NCBI GenBank assembly: GCA_965662175.1
Contig: CBFIGT010000023.1
Coordinates: 1 to 25,875, forward strand
From: Arcobacter sp.
GTDB lineage: Bacteria > Campylobacterota > Campylobacteria > Campylobacterales > Arcobacteraceae
Direction of reading: 5' to 3'
Length of the DNA stretch: 25,875 bases
The notes under the pieces are model-generated. The model made no database searches, was not told the DNA's origin, and saw only the letters and a program-made list of their open reading frames with translations. Of the stretch, positions 1 to 10,442 are shown piece by piece. How positions within the stretch are numbered: the stretch's first letter is position 1; each line of letters begins with the position of its first letter. The position numbers and the translations under genes were made by a program.

Positions 1-1
1 T

Positions 2-947
2 TTTTCCATAGGGCAAGTTTTTGGTGGACCAATTTCAGATAATTTTGGAAGAAAAAATAGCTCTATTTTGGGTTTATTAGCTTTTTCACTTTTTAGTTTT
101 TTAATCATTTTTAGTACAAATATTTACGAACTATGGATTTATAGATTTTTTGAAGCATTTTTTGGTGGAATTGTTGTAGTAAATGCAAGTGCTGCTGTTA
201 GGGATAGATTTCATGGAAAAGAGGCTGCAAAAATATTTAGCTCCTGCAATTGGTTCTTTTATTATTCATTTTTACTCATGGAAAGCTATTTTTATATTTT
301 TGACTCTATACTCTTTAGTGGTAGCTTTTTGGGTTTATAAAAGTTTAGATGAGAGTTTAAACTATATTAAACAGAATGTTTATCAATCATTTAAATTAGT
401 TTTAAGCCATAAAGAGGCTATGAAAATCATGATTACACTTGGATTAGCATTTTCAGGTTTTTTTATTTTAATTGCAAAATCTTCTTTTATATTTATAGAG
501 TATTTTGGAATTTCTACGGATGCTTTCCCTTTTTTCTTTGGTTTTAATTTTGTAATATTAATTGCAATGACAAGAGTAAATGTTGCACTTTTAAAAAAAT
601 ATTCACCAAAAGAGCTTATAAATATAGCTATAATAATACAAATATTATCAGGATTATTATTTATTTTATTATATGAGAATATATCCTTAATAAGCACTAT
701 GTTATTGATGGCATCATACATGAGTGTTATGGCATTAATATTTGGTAACTCTTTGGCTATGGCACTTGAGTATTTTCCTAAAAATGCTGGAGTTGCTTCA
801 AGTGTAGCTGGAGTTTTGCAATTTGGACTTGGCGCAATAATATCATCTATTGCTCTTAGTTTTCATAATGATAGTTTTTTGCCTATAGGTATTAGCTTAA
901 CTATTATTTCGCTTTTTTCTTATTTTTTAATAAGGAGACTTAAATAG
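2..947 (+). pseudogene. Bcr/CflA-family (DHA1) MFS drug efflux transporter, 5' end outside the window, frameshifted at ~236-241
   Basis: The frame from nt 2 reads FSIGQVFGGPISDNFGRK (MFS motif A)...RFFEAFFGG...AAVRDRFHGKEAAKIFS. The homologous continuation LAPAIGSFIIHF...GVASSVAGVLQFGLGA is in another frame (ORF 183..947). Confidence 0.75.
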
Positions 948-956
948 GAGTTTATT

Positions 957-2324
957 ATGTTTAAACTTTTTTTACTTTTTTTCTCTTTTAGTGCTTCACT
1001 TTTTGCAAATAGCAATGAAACAATAAACCTAACTTCAACTTGGCTAGGAGTAGCTGTTTTACTAATATTTATTATTGGATACTATATTATTGCTAATGAA
1101 GAGAAATACCATATTGATAAATCTATTCCAGCACTATTTATTGGTATTTTTACATTTTTACTAATTGCTGTATATTATTATTTAAATGACTTAAATATTA
1201 AATTGGTACATAATGAAGCTGAGAGTGTAATTTTAGAGATTGCGGAGATTTTTTTCTTCTTATTTGTTGCTATGACTTATATTGAATCACTTATTTATAT
1301 GGGTGTATTTGATAAATTAAAATATACCCTTATCTCAAAAGGTTATACCTATAAACAACTATTTTGGGTAACAGGATTTTTGGCATTTTTTATCTCTCCT
1401 ATTGCTGATAACTTAACAACTGCTCTTATATTATCAACTGTACTAATTACAATAGAAAAAGAGAAACAGAACTTTTTAGTCCCAGGTGCTATTAATATTG
1501 TAGTAGCTGCAAATGCAGGTGGCGCTTGGTCTCCTTTTGGAGATATTACAACTCTTATGGTCTGGACAGCTGGGAAAGGCTCTTTCAATGATTTTATTTA
1601 TTTATTTCCATCTGCAATTGGTGGATACTTAATAACAGCATTTCTACTCTCGAAATTTGTTCCAAATACAAAACCTGATTTTGATATAAATTTAGAGCTA
1701 AAACCAAAAATGAAAGAGGGAGCAGCTACTGTTATTATTCTGGGTTTTGTTACTCTTTTTTCAGCTGTTGTTTCACACCAACTTCTTGATTTTCCTGCTA
1801 TGTGGGGAATGATGTTTGGATTAACTCTTCTAAAAATCTATTCATATAAATTAAATCAAAAGTATGGAAAAGAGCATTTGGATGTTTATAAATCAATGTC
1901 AAAAATAGAGAATAATACCCTAATGTTCTTTTTTGGTATTTTAGCTGCCGTTGGCGCTTTATATTTTGTAGGCTGGTTAAGCCTAGCTTCTATTATCTAT
2001 GAACCTAACTATTTAGGTGCAACTTTTGCAAATATTAGTGTTGGTTTTTTATCAGCAATTGTGGATAATGTACCTGTTATGAGTGCTGTTTTAAAAGCAA
2101 ATCCTGAAATGAATTTATCAAATTGGATGCTTGTTACCTTAACAGCTGGAATTGGAGGCTCTTTAATATCTTTTGGAAGTGCAGCAGGTGTTGGAGTTAT
2201 GGGAAAATTAAAAAATATTTATACCTTTAGTTCACATATGAAATACTCTTGGACTATTTTAATTGGTTATTTTCTTTCAATTGCAATTTGGTATATTCAG
2301 TTTGAAATTTTAGCTTTTGCTTAG
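957..2324 (+). CDS. nhaD: Na+/H+ antiporter, NhaD family
   Basis: Polytopic membrane protein with FFISPIADNLTTAL, AANAGGAWSPFGDITTLMVW and SAIVDNVPV motifs. RBS AGGAG upstream. Confidence 0.9.
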   Translation: MFKLFLLFFSFSASLFANSNETINLTSTWLGVAVLLIFIIGYYIIANEEKYHIDKSIPALFIGIFTFLLIAVYYYLNDLNIKLVHNEAESVILEIAEIFFFLFVAMTYIESLIYMGVFDKLKYTLISKGYTYKQLFWVTGFLAFFISPIADNLTTALILSTVLITIEKEKQNFLVPGAINIVVAANAGGAWSPFGDITTLMVWTAGKGSFNDFIYLFPSAIGGYLITAFLLSKFVPNTKPDFDINLELKPKMKEGAATVIILGFVTLFSAVVSHQLLDFPAMWGMMFGLTLLKIYSYKLNQKYGKEHLDVYKSMSKIENNTLMFFFGILAAVGALYFVGWLSLASIIYEPNYLGATFANISVGFLSAIVDNVPVMSAVLKANPEMNLSNWMLVTLTAGIGGSLISFGSAAGVGVMGKLKNIYTFSSHMKYSWTILIGYFLSIAIWYIQFEILAFA

Positions 2325-2566
2325 AGTTTATTCTATAAAATCAAGCTTCCCTTTATAGTTTATGAGGAAAATTTAGATAAAATGATAAAAGAATTTAAAA
2401 ATAAAATAAATTTGTATCCTAATTTAAATACTTTAGATATTTTTAACTTAAATAGGATTAAAAAAGAGATATAAATAAAATTTGAGTTGTTTAACAAAGT
2501 TAAAAATAAGAAATATTATAAGTAGAACTTATGATTTTCTTATGCTTAATATAAGTTAGACTAATA

Positions 2567-2572
2567 TATAAT
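2567..2572 (+). promoter_or_regulatory. Putative sigma70 -10 box for ccoG
   Basis: TATAAT 53 nt upstream of the ATG. RBS GAGG lies before the start. Confidence 0.45.
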
Positions 2573-2625
2573 TCAAAAAATCCAAGATAATCTTTTAGAA
2601 GTTTATCTTACTAGAGAGGCATATT

Positions 2626-4011
2626 ATGGCTACTAAAACAGAAAGTTTACCAAAAAAGACTTCTTACAGAATATACAGATATTATATGTATGTTGCTGCT
2701 ACTATTATTGCATTGGTTCTTCCATTTATTAAAATAAATGATAACCATATCTTTTTATTATCATTTGATAAAAAACAACTTCATCTAATGGGTATTGCAT
2801 TTGACATGCAAGAGCTTTATATGATGCCATTTTTATTAATGTTACTATTCTTAGGTATTTTTGCAGTAACGGCTATTGGTGGAAGAGCATGGTGTGGTTG
2901 GGCATGTCCACAAACTATATTTAGAGTTATTTATAGAGATTTAATTGAATCAAAGCTTTTAGGTTTAAGAAGAATTAAAAATAAACAAAAAGAGCCTGAC
3001 TACTCAAAAGCTGAAAATTCAGCTAAAAAAGTTCTTGGTATTATCATATGGGCAATTTTATCTTTAATTGCAGCTGCTGATTTTATGTGGTATTTTGTGC
3101 CACCTGAAGATTTCTTTGCTTATTTACAAAATCCTACAGAACATATGTTTTTAATTGGTATGGTTCTTGGAATTGCTGCATTTTTAGTTTATGATGTTGT
3201 AAAACTAAAAGAGGATTTTTGTGTATATGTATGTCCTTATTCAAGAGTTCAATCAGTTTTATATGATGACAATACACTACAAGCTATTTACTCTACAAAT
3301 AGAGGTGGTAATATTTATGATGGAAATAAAGAGAAACTTATTTTCAAAGCAAAAGATTTACCAGACCCAACAAATGAGTGTACAACATGTGAATCTTGTG
3401 TAACTGTTTGTCCTACACATATTGACATTAGAAAAGGTATGCAACTTGAGTGTATTAACTGTCTTGAGTGTGTTGATGCTTGTACAACTGTTATGGGAAA
3501 ACTTGGTAAAGAGTCTCTTGTTCAATGGACAAGTACAAATAAAATAGAAAAAAATGAGCCTACAAAAATAATTAGAAAATCTACTATTATGTATTCAGTT
3601 GCATTATTAGTAATTTTAGGACTTCTTTTTGTTATGGGTGGTAAAAAAGAGTATATGCTTTTAAATGTTAATAAAACTACTCAATTATATAAAATTAAAG
3701 AAGATGGTTTAGTAACAAATAACTTTTTATTTTTATTCCAAAATACAGATTCAAAAGCACATAAATATGCCTTAGAAATTGTTGATAATAAAGATATCTT
3801 TATTGAAAGATTTAATCCATTTACTCTAAGTGCTAAAAAATTAGCTAAAAAAGTTGTTGTATTAGGAACTACTTCAAAACTAGTAGATGATGCTACAAAA
3901 GATACTCCTATTACGGTTACAATTAGAGCTTATGCTATTGATGAACCTGAAAGAGTTCAAGTATTTAGAAAAGCTGTATTTATCTACCCTCGTTCTGATA
4001 AATTAAAATAA
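2626..4011 (+). CDS. ccoG: Cytochrome c oxidase (cbb3) accessory protein CcoG/FixG, 4Fe-4S membrane protein
   Basis: GRAWCGWACPQT, FCVYVCPYSR, CTTCESCVTVCPTHIDIR and CINCLECVDAC motifs, plus a C-terminal FixG-type domain. Confidence 0.95.
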   Translation: MATKTESLPKKTSYRIYRYYMYVAATIIALVLPFIKINDNHIFLLSFDKKQLHLMGIAFDMQELYMMPFLLMLLFLGIFAVTAIGGRAWCGWACPQTIFRVIYRDLIESKLLGLRRIKNKQKEPDYSKAENSAKKVLGIIIWAILSLIAAADFMWYFVPPEDFFAYLQNPTEHMFLIGMVLGIAAFLVYDVVKLKEDFCVYVCPYSRVQSVLYDDNTLQAIYSTNRGGNIYDGNKEKLIFKAKDLPDPTNECTTCESCVTVCPTHIDIRKGMQLECINCLECVDACTTVMGKLGKESLVQWTSTNKIEKNEPTKIIRKSTIMYSVALLVILGLLFVMGGKKEYMLLNVNKTTQLYKIKEDGLVTNNFLFLFQNTDSKAHKYALEIVDNKDIFIERFNPFTLSAKKLAKKVVVLGTTSKLVDDATKDTPITVTIRAYAIDEPERVQVFRKAVFIYPRSDKLK

Positions 4012-4019
4012 TAACTTTT

Positions 4020-4052
4020 TTGTAAGTGCAAATTTAATCTTTGCACTTACAA
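4020..4052. terminator. Perfect 13-bp inverted repeat after ccoG, probable terminator or mRNA-stabilising hairpin
   Basis: TTGTAAGTGCAAA-N7-TTTGCACTTACAA, 8 nt after the ccoG stop. No clear U-tract follows. Confidence 0.6.
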
Positions 4053-4094
4053 TAATCCTCTCAAAAATTAAACCCTTATTAACATAAGCTTAGA

Positions 4095-4100
4095 TATAAT
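4095..4100 (+). promoter_or_regulatory. Putative -10 box for pyrG-recJ
   Basis: TAAGCTTAGA-TATAAT 41 nt upstream of the ATG. RBS GGAG upstream of the start. Confidence 0.55.
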
Positions 4101-4141
4101 CGCGAATATAATTAACTACTATTTTTTACGGAGTATCACCA

Positions 4142-5758
4142 ATGACTAAATTTATATTTGTTACAGGTGGAGTATTAAGTTCCCTTGGAAAAGGAATTAC
4201 TTCAGCCTCAATCGCCACTATTTTAAAACAATCTGGTTATAAAGTAACTATGCTTAAAATCGACCCATATTTAAATGTGGACCCAGGAACAATGAGTCCA
4301 TTAGAACATGGAGAAGTATTCGTAACAGCTGATGGTGCCGAAACAGACTTAGATTTAGGAAACTATGAAAGATTTATTGATGTTACACTTGGTGCTAAAA
4401 ATTCATTTACTACAGGTCAAGTTTACCAATCTGTTATCAAAAGAGAAAGAGAAGGTGGATACTTAGGAAAAACTATTCAAGTTATTCCTCATGTTGTAGA
4501 TGAGATTAAAAGAAGAGTTTTTGATGCTGCTGATGGTTATGACTTTTTAATAGTAGAGCTTGGTGGAACAGTTGGAGATATCGAGGGCTTACCATTTATG
4601 GAAGCTATTAGAGAGATTAGACATGAATTAGATAAAGATAAAACTATGAATATTCATGTTACTTTAGTTCCATATATAGCAGCAGCAGGTGAGCTTAAAA
4701 CAAAACCAACACAACACTCAGTTCAAGAGTTAAGAAGAATTGGTATTACTCCACATATGTTAGTTTGTAGAAGTGAAAAACCTCTTCCAAAAGAGTTAAA
4801 GAAAAAACTTGCAATGTCATGTGATATAAATAACAACGCTGTTATTGAAGCTGGAGATGCACAATCTATTTATCAAGTTCCTATGAACTTCTTAAAAGAG
4901 GGAATTTTAACTCCATTATCAGAACATTTTAATATCAAAATCAAACCAAATATGGAAAGATGGGAAACATTAGTTAAACATATTGTTCTTCCTCAAGATG
5001 AAGTTACAATTGCATTTGTTGGAAAATATTTAGAGCTTAAAGAGTCTTATAAATCATTAATAGAGTCACTAATTCATGCAGGAGCTCACTTAAACACTAA
5101 AGTAAATATCAACTGGTGTGATAGTGAAAGAATAGAAGATGTTGGTGCTTATGAAATTATTCAAAACTCTGATGCTGTACTTGTTGCTGGTGGTTTTGGA
5201 CACAGAGGTGTTGAGGGTAAATTAAAAGCTATTGAGTATGCAAGAGTTAATAATATTCCATTTTTAGGAATTTGTTTAGGAATGCAATTATCAATTGTAG
5301 AGTATAGTAGAAATGTTTTAGGACTTGAAGATGCTAACTCTATTGAGTTTGATGAAAATACAACAAACCCAGTAATTTATCTAATTGATGAGTTTATGGA
5401 CCAATCAGGTAACAAACAACTAAGAACTCACCAATCACCAATGGGTGGAACAATGAGATTAGGTGAATATCCATTTAATCCAAAAGTAGGAACAAAACTA
5501 AAAGCTGCATATGGAAATAATGAAACATATTATGAAAGACATAGACATAGATATGAAGCAAATCCTACTTATAAAGATAGATTAGAGGAAGCTGGTATGA
5601 TTATTTCAGGTGAATCAAACGGACTTATTGAAGCTGTTGAAATCAAAGGTCATCCTTGGTTCGTGGGAGTTCAATTTCACCCTGAATTTACATCTCACTT
5701 AGAAACACCAAATCCTATTATTTTAGAGTTTGTAAGACAAGCTACTAAATCGAATTAA
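4142..5758 (+). CDS. pyrG: CTP synthase
   Basis: [40 protein letters not shown] (catalytic Cys) and QFHPEF motifs. Confidence 0.99.
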   Translation: MTKFIFVTGGVLSSLGKGITSASIATILKQSGYKVTMLKIDPYLNVDPGTMSPLEHGEVFVTADGAETDLDLGNYERFIDVTLGAKNSFTTGQVYQSVIKREREGGYLGKTIQVIPHVVDEIKRRVFDAADGYDFLIVELGGTVGDIEGLPFMEAIREIRHELDKDKTMNIHVTLVPYIAAAGELKTKPTQHSVQELRRIGITPHMLVCRSEKPLPKELKKKLAMSCDINNNAVIEAGDAQSIYQVPMNFLKEGILTPLSEHFNIKIKPNMERWETLVKHIVLPQDEVTIAFVGKYLELKESYKSLIESLIHAGAHLNTKVNINWCDSERIEDVGAYEIIQNSDAVLVAGGFGHRGVEGKLKAIEYARVNNIPFLGICLGMQLSIVEYSRNVLGLEDANSIEFDENTTNPVIYLIDEFMDQSGNKQLRTHQSPMGGTMRLGEYPFNPKVGTKLKAAYGNNETYYERHRHRYEANPTYKDRLEEAGMIISGESNGLIEAVEIKGHPWFVGVQFHPEFTSHLETPNPIILEFVRQATKSN

Positions 5759-7320
5759 TGTCAAAAGTTACAAAACAAAAACTTTTTAACCTACTTCTTG
5801 CAAGACATGAAGAGAATCAATACTCTCGTCTTGCAGATATTCCAACTCCTGATAAATTTAAAGATATACAAAAAGCCACAAAAAGAGTTAAGCAAGCTAT
5901 TTTAAATAATGAAAAAATCACTATTGTTGGTGATTACGATGTTGATGGAGTTGTTTCAACATCCATAATGCTTGATTTTTTTAATAAAATCTCTTATCCT
6001 ATTGATTATATTATTCCAAATAGATTTGAACATGGATATGGCTTATCTTCAAAAATAACTGAACTTATAAATGAGGGATTAGTAATAACTGTTGATAATG
6101 GAATATCAGCTTGTGAAGCAACAAAACTTCTAAACAATAAAAATATCGATGTTATAATCACGGATCATCATACAGTTGGAAATGAAATACCAGAAGCTTT
6201 TGCAATTATTAATCCAAAACAAGAGGATTGTAATTTTGAATACAAAGATATTTGCGGTGCTCAAGTTGCTTGGTATTTTTGTGCAGCAATTAAAAAAGAG
6301 TTAAATCTAAATATTAATATGAGTCAATTTTTAGACCTTTTATGTATCGCTATTATTGCTGATATGATGCCAATGACAAGTTTAAACTATACCATGGTTA
6401 AAACAGGATTAAAAAAACTTCAAACATCATCTAGAGTAGCTATTATACACCTAAGAAACGTAATGAGAAAAAATATTTTTGTTTCTGATGATGTTGGTTT
6501 TATTATTGCTCCAAAAATCAATAGTGCGGGAAGAATGGATGATGCTTCAATTGCCTTATCTTTTTTACTTTCAAATAGTTTAAATGAAGCAAATGAAGCC
6601 TTAGAGTTATTGGAAGATTTAAATAACAAAAGAAAAACTTTACAAGAAGATATATCCTCAAAAGCTAAAGTAAAAATTGAAGAAAAAGATAAAGCAATAG
6701 TTGTATGGGGTGAGGATTGGCATGAAGGTGTTATAGGAATTGTTGCTTCAAAACTATCTCACGGTTTTAAAAGACCTGCTTTTGTTTTTTCTATTCATAA
6801 TGGTATTGCAAAAGGAAGTGCTAGAGCAAATGCAGATATAAATTTACACTCTATTATTACCCAAGCAAAACATTTACTCTTAGGTTTTGGTGGGCATAAA
6901 AATGCAGCTGGATTAACACTATTAGCTGAAAATTTAGATGAATTTAAAAGAATAATAAATCAAGTTGTGGAAGAAGAATCAAATAAACTATATATAGAGC
7001 CAATTACCTTAGGTGAATTAGATATATCAAGTGTGGATATAGAGTTTATGGAAATAATTGAAAAATTTGAGCCTTATGGATTAGAGAATCATAAGCCTAT
7101 TTTCAAAATAACAAATGCAAAAGTATTAAAATCAGAACTCTTTGGTAAAGAGAAAAATCATCTTAAATTACATCTAAATCATGATGGCTATGAGTTTGAA
7201 GCAATTAAGTTTTATACCCAAGCAATAAATAAAAATGAAATCAATATAATAATTTCAGTAAATAAAAATGAGTTTAGAGGAGAGGTAACTCCCCAGTTTT
7301 TAATACAAGATTTCTTATAA
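5758..7320 (+). CDS. recJ: ssDNA-specific exonuclease RecJ
   Basis: GDYDVDG, TVDNGI, ITDHH, APKINSAGR and GGHKNAAG (DHH/DHHA1 motifs). TAATG coupling to pyrG. Confidence 0.97.
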   Translation: MSKVTKQKLFNLLLARHEENQYSRLADIPTPDKFKDIQKATKRVKQAILNNEKITIVGDYDVDGVVSTSIMLDFFNKISYPIDYIIPNRFEHGYGLSSKITELINEGLVITVDNGISACEATKLLNNKNIDVIITDHHTVGNEIPEAFAIINPKQEDCNFEYKDICGAQVAWYFCAAIKKELNLNINMSQFLDLLCIAIIADMMPMTSLNYTMVKTGLKKLQTSSRVAIIHLRNVMRKNIFVSDDVGFIIAPKINSAGRMDDASIALSFLLSNSLNEANEALELLEDLNNKRKTLQEDISSKAKVKIEEKDKAIVVWGEDWHEGVIGIVASKLSHGFKRPAFVFSIHNGIAKGSARANADINLHSIITQAKHLLLGFGGHKNAAGLTLLAENLDEFKRIINQVVEEESNKLYIEPITLGELDISSVDIEFMEIIEKFEPYGLENHKPIFKITNAKVLKSELFGKEKNHLKLHLNHDGYEFEAIKFYTQAINKNEINIIISVNKNEFRGEVTPQFLIQDFL

Positions 7321-7905
7321 AACTACTGGAGCAAAAACCTGTTGTCTCTCTCTTGGAACTTTTTCCAAATCTAATATCTCCTCATCTACTAATACAGATG
7401 AGCTAGATGAACCTAAAATAGTACCGCTTGTAATATCCATAAGTTTTATGAAAATAATCAATCTTTTTGTAGTTATTGTATAAGTTCCAACAACAGCAAA
7501 TCTTTCATTTGATACATTATTATTTATAAGCTTATGATCTCTACTTAAAATAGTAAATCCACCAGGACCTATTTGAAAATCTTTTCCTAACTCTATTTCT
7601 CTAACATAAATATTTTTATTTAATAGAGTGTTTTTTAGGGTATCTGATAATAAAAATCCTAATTTAGAATTATTTTTCAAACTATTTAAATTTACAAAAT
7701 CAGAGACTAAAACAACATCTTCATTTCTAATGTTTTTTTCAAATTTAGAATAAGATTTTTCAATCATACCTTCCATCATTGAGTGAAAATCATTAGCCCC
7801 ATCAGGAATTTGTTTATTTAAAATACAAGATGTAAAAAGTAAAGGAAGAAGAAGTATCATAAAAAACTGTTTTATAATACCTCTGTTAGCTTTTAATATT
7901 GCCAT
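7315..7905 (-). CDS. FlgO-family outer-membrane lipoprotein
   Basis: Lipobox-like LFTSC, VLVSDFVNL...LG, G.F.LSRD and VVGTY motifs of the FlgO domain. Paralogous to the neighbouring gene. Confidence 0.75.
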   Translation of the reverse strand: MAILKANRGIIKQFFMILLLPLLFTSCILNKQIPDGANDFHSMMEGMIEKSYSKFEKNIRNEDVVLVSDFVNLNSLKNNSKLGFLLSDTLKNTLLNKNIYVREIELGKDFQIGPGGFTILSRDHKLINNNVSNERFAVVGTYTITTKRLIIFIKLMDITSGTILGSSSSSVLVDEEILDLEKVPRERQQVFAPVVL

Positions 7906-7906
7906 A

Positions 7907-8539
7907 TTATTGTTCAGGAATAATTTTTATTGTTCTTGGAGGTTGACAATCTTTAAAAATAACACAATCATTTCTAAGACCATGTTCATATGTTGCTCTA
8001 GCACTTGTAACAATTTGACCTGTTGCATTATCCATTACTCTAGCATTTAGCATAATCTTTCCAAACTGTCTAGAATAAGTACCAACAACAACAAAACTAT
8101 TTACAACTCTTTCATTCATTTTACTAACATTTCTAGTAATAAAATACTCACCATGCTCGTTTACAGAAACAGCCATTTGACCTCTAAACTCAATTACATT
8201 GAATCCTCTATTTGAAAGCTCATTAATCAAACTCTCACCAACTACCCTACCAAACTCTGTAGTTTTTTTAAAATTATCTAATCTTACAAAAGATGTTATA
8301 AGTACAGATTTACTAGTTTGCATTTTTTGATTTTGCATCATTTGTGTAGCCAATGAAGTTATACTTGCTTCAAGGGAGTTTTGTGTAGTAACATTTTGTT
8401 GCATATCTTCGGCAATCTTCATATGCTCTTTTGTTAATTGAACTTTATCATTAGCCTTAGTTACTTCATCTGTGCTAGCGTTTAATAGTGTTAATGTTGC
8501 TATTAGAGCTAAACTAGAATTTCTAAGAAGTTTAAGCAT
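7907..8539 (-). CDS. FlgO-family exported protein
   Basis: Signal peptide, VLITSFVRLD...FGRVVGESLINEL.NRGFNVIEFR, GEYFITR and VVVGTYSR...NARV motifs. Confidence 0.82.
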   Translation of the reverse strand: MLKLLRNSSLALIATLTLLNASTDEVTKANDKVQLTKEHMKIAEDMQQNVTTQNSLEASITSLATQMMQNQKMQTSKSVLITSFVRLDNFKKTTEFGRVVGESLINELSNRGFNVIEFRGQMAVSVNEHGEYFITRNVSKMNERVVNSFVVVGTYSRQFGKIMLNARVMDNATGQIVTSARATYEHGLRNDCVIFKDCQPPRTIKIIPEQ

Positions 8540-8645
8540 TTATTACCCCTTTTTCATAATTGTTTAAATTTTATTTAAATCAAACTTATAAACTCTTGAA
8601 AAGCTTTATTTTTGCTTACTCAAGAGAGTAATATTGATTTTTTAG

Positions 8646-8651
8646 TATAAT
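8646..8651 (+). promoter_or_regulatory. Putative -10 box for the DJ-1 gene
   Basis: TTTAG-TATAAT 26 nt before the ATG. RBS AAGGA. Confidence 0.5.
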
Positions 8652-8677
8652 AAGAAATACTTAAAAAAGGATGGCAA

Positions 8678-9223
8678 ATGGCGAAATTATTAATACCTAT
8701 TTCAAATGGATTTGAAGAGATTGAGGCTATATCAATTATTGATGTTTGCAGACGTGCAAATATTGAAGTTACAGTAGCTTCAATAAATAATATTGAAATT
8801 ATAGGAGCACATAGGGTAAGGATTTTGGCTGATGAACTACTAAAAGATATAGATACAACTCTTTTTGATATGATAGTTTTACCAGGAGGTTTACCAAATG
8901 CTTTTAATTTAGCAGATGATAAACTTTTACAAAAGATATTAAAAGAGTTTAAAGAATCTAATAAAAAAATAGGTGCAATTTGTGCAGCTCCTTATGCACT
9001 TCATCAAGCAGGTGTTTTAAATACAAACTACACTTGTTATCCAAGTTTTGAAAAGAAGATAAAAGAAGAGGGTTATACCTCATCAAAAAATTTTATAATT
9101 GATGCTAATGTTATTACCTCTAAAGGACCAGCTACTGCTATGGAGTTTGCTTTAGAGATTGTTAAAATATTAACAGATGAAGTAAGTTATAAGGAAGTAA
9201 AAGAGGGATTACTTTTTAAGTAA
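8678..9223 (+). CDS. DJ-1/YajL(ThiJ)/PfpI family protein (glyoxalase III/deglycase-like)
   Basis: GFEEIEA, LPGG, GAICAAP (nucleophile Cys) and ITSKGPATAMEFAL motifs. Confidence 0.93.
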   Translation: MAKLLIPISNGFEEIEAISIIDVCRRANIEVTVASINNIEIIGAHRVRILADELLKDIDTTLFDMIVLPGGLPNAFNLADDKLLQKILKEFKESNKKIGAICAAPYALHQAGVLNTNYTCYPSFEKKIKEEGYTSSKNFIIDANVITSKGPATAMEFALEIVKILTDEVSYKEVKEGLLFK

Positions 9224-10360
9224 CTCTTCATAGATTTGAAGATTTTTATTCCAAAAATCTTCAAAACTTTGTGAAATAGAGTTTTCCTGCATAAATTTAA
9301 TTGCATTTAAACTTTTCATTTTTAGAATATCCCTATTTTCGCATAATAAATTAATAGTTTTTTTCCACTCTTTTTTATTATCAATATCTAAAACATAGCC
9401 TATTTTATCATTTACAAACTCTTTTGGGCCACCTTTATTTGTAACAATAACAGGTAAACCTGAAGCTAATGCTTCCATAACAACTTGACCTAAGGTATCA
9501 GTTATTGAGGGGAAAAGAAAAAATGATGAAGAGGCATATATTGTTGATAACTCTTTACCTTTAGCTCGTCCTAAAAAATAGATATTGCTCCTTTTTAACT
9601 CTTCTTCATCAACATTAAACTCCAAATCCCCAACTAAAATCAAATCAAGATTTTTAAAATCTGACTCTTTCCAAAACTCTATAAGTAAATCAAGATTTTT
9701 TTCAACAGATACTCTTCCAACATATAATGCTTTTAGATTATTATTTTCAATATTTTTACTTTTCCATATTACATCACTAGAAAAAGTTTTATCAAATTTA
9801 CTTAAATCTATACCTGCTTTTAAAGTCAATAAATTCTCTTTTTTAAAGCCTAAATCATTCTCTAATATTTTTTTATATTCATCTGTTCTACAAAAAATCT
9901 TTTTGAAATTTTTATAAAATATTTTTATAAATGTTCTAGTTATAAATAAAACCGATTTTGATTTAGTATTTTGGTATAAATATGAGGGAAAATCTGTATG
10001 ATAAACTCCTACAATTGGGATATTTAAGATTTTAGATGAGATTAAAGCTGCTAATCCTACAAAACCAGGAGTTGAGATATGAATTAAAGAGGGATTAATC
10101 TCTTTTATTTTTTTATGTATTTTAAAAAAATTAGGAAATACTAAATCTAAAGATTTATAAAAGGGCATTTTTATTTTAAAAAGTGCTTTTATATTATATA
10201 TATTATCTATTTTTTCATCACTACTTTTTAATGTAGAGCCTATAACATAAAATTTTTTATCTCTTTTTATAGCCTCTTTTGCAAAATCTTGAATAAATCT
10301 TGATACACCATTTAAATCATAAATTGTATCACTTAGTAAACATATATTTATATCTTTCAT
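9209..10360 (-). CDS. GT4-family glycosyltransferase, Agt/MGlcDAG-synthase-like (putative diacylglycerol glycosyltransferase)
   Basis: SDT..DLNGVSR, HISTPGFVGLAA, YHTDFPSY, YVGRVSVEKN and FPSITDTLGQVVMEALASGLPV motifs. GT4 is certain; the lipid acceptor is inferred from these motifs and from the neighbouring gene. Confidence 0.85.
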   Translation of the reverse strand: MKDINICLLSDTIYDLNGVSRFIQDFAKEAIKRDKKFYVIGSTLKSSDEKIDNIYNIKALFKIKMPFYKSLDLVFPNFFKIHKKIKEINPSLIHISTPGFVGLAALISSKILNIPIVGVYHTDFPSYLYQNTKSKSVLFITRTFIKIFYKNFKKIFCRTDEYKKILENDLGFKKENLLTLKAGIDLSKFDKTFSSDVIWKSKNIENNNLKALYVGRVSVEKNLDLLIEFWKESDFKNLDLILVGDLEFNVDEEELKRSNIYFLGRAKGKELSTIYASSSFFLFPSITDTLGQVVMEALASGLPVIVTNKGGPKEFVNDKIGYVLDIDNKKEWKKTINLLCENRDILKMKSLNAIKFMQENSISQSFEDFWNKNLQIYEELLKK

Positions 10361-10366
10361 TTTGAG

Positions 10367-10442
10367 ATTTTAGAAGATTAAGATTACTCTTTTATTACAG
10401 ATATTTTTTTGTTATTTACTTGTAACCATATTTTCATATTGT
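10367..10442. promoter_or_regulatory. Divergent promoter pair with Pho-box-like 11-bp-spaced direct repeats
   Basis: Minus strand: CTGTAATAAAAGAGTAAT (10400-10383), 10 nt, TAAAAT (10372-10367), 6 nt, ATG. Plus strand: GTTAT(10411)-N6-GTAAC(10422), 10 nt, TATTGT (10437-10442), 6 nt, ATG. Confidence 0.6.

Noticed and set aside
68..340. ORFs 68..340 and 183..947 as two separate genes
   Set aside because: They are the two frames of one frameshifted MFS gene. The tail of the first and the head of the second are out-of-frame sequence.
2626..4011. ccoG without adjacent ccoNOQP
   Set aside because: To my knowledge a separate location is common in this phylum, so it is not remarkable.
7315..9223. 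Convergent stop-codon overlaps (recJ/FlgO 6 nt; DJ-1/GT4 15 nt)
   Set aside because: These are ordinary in compact genomes.
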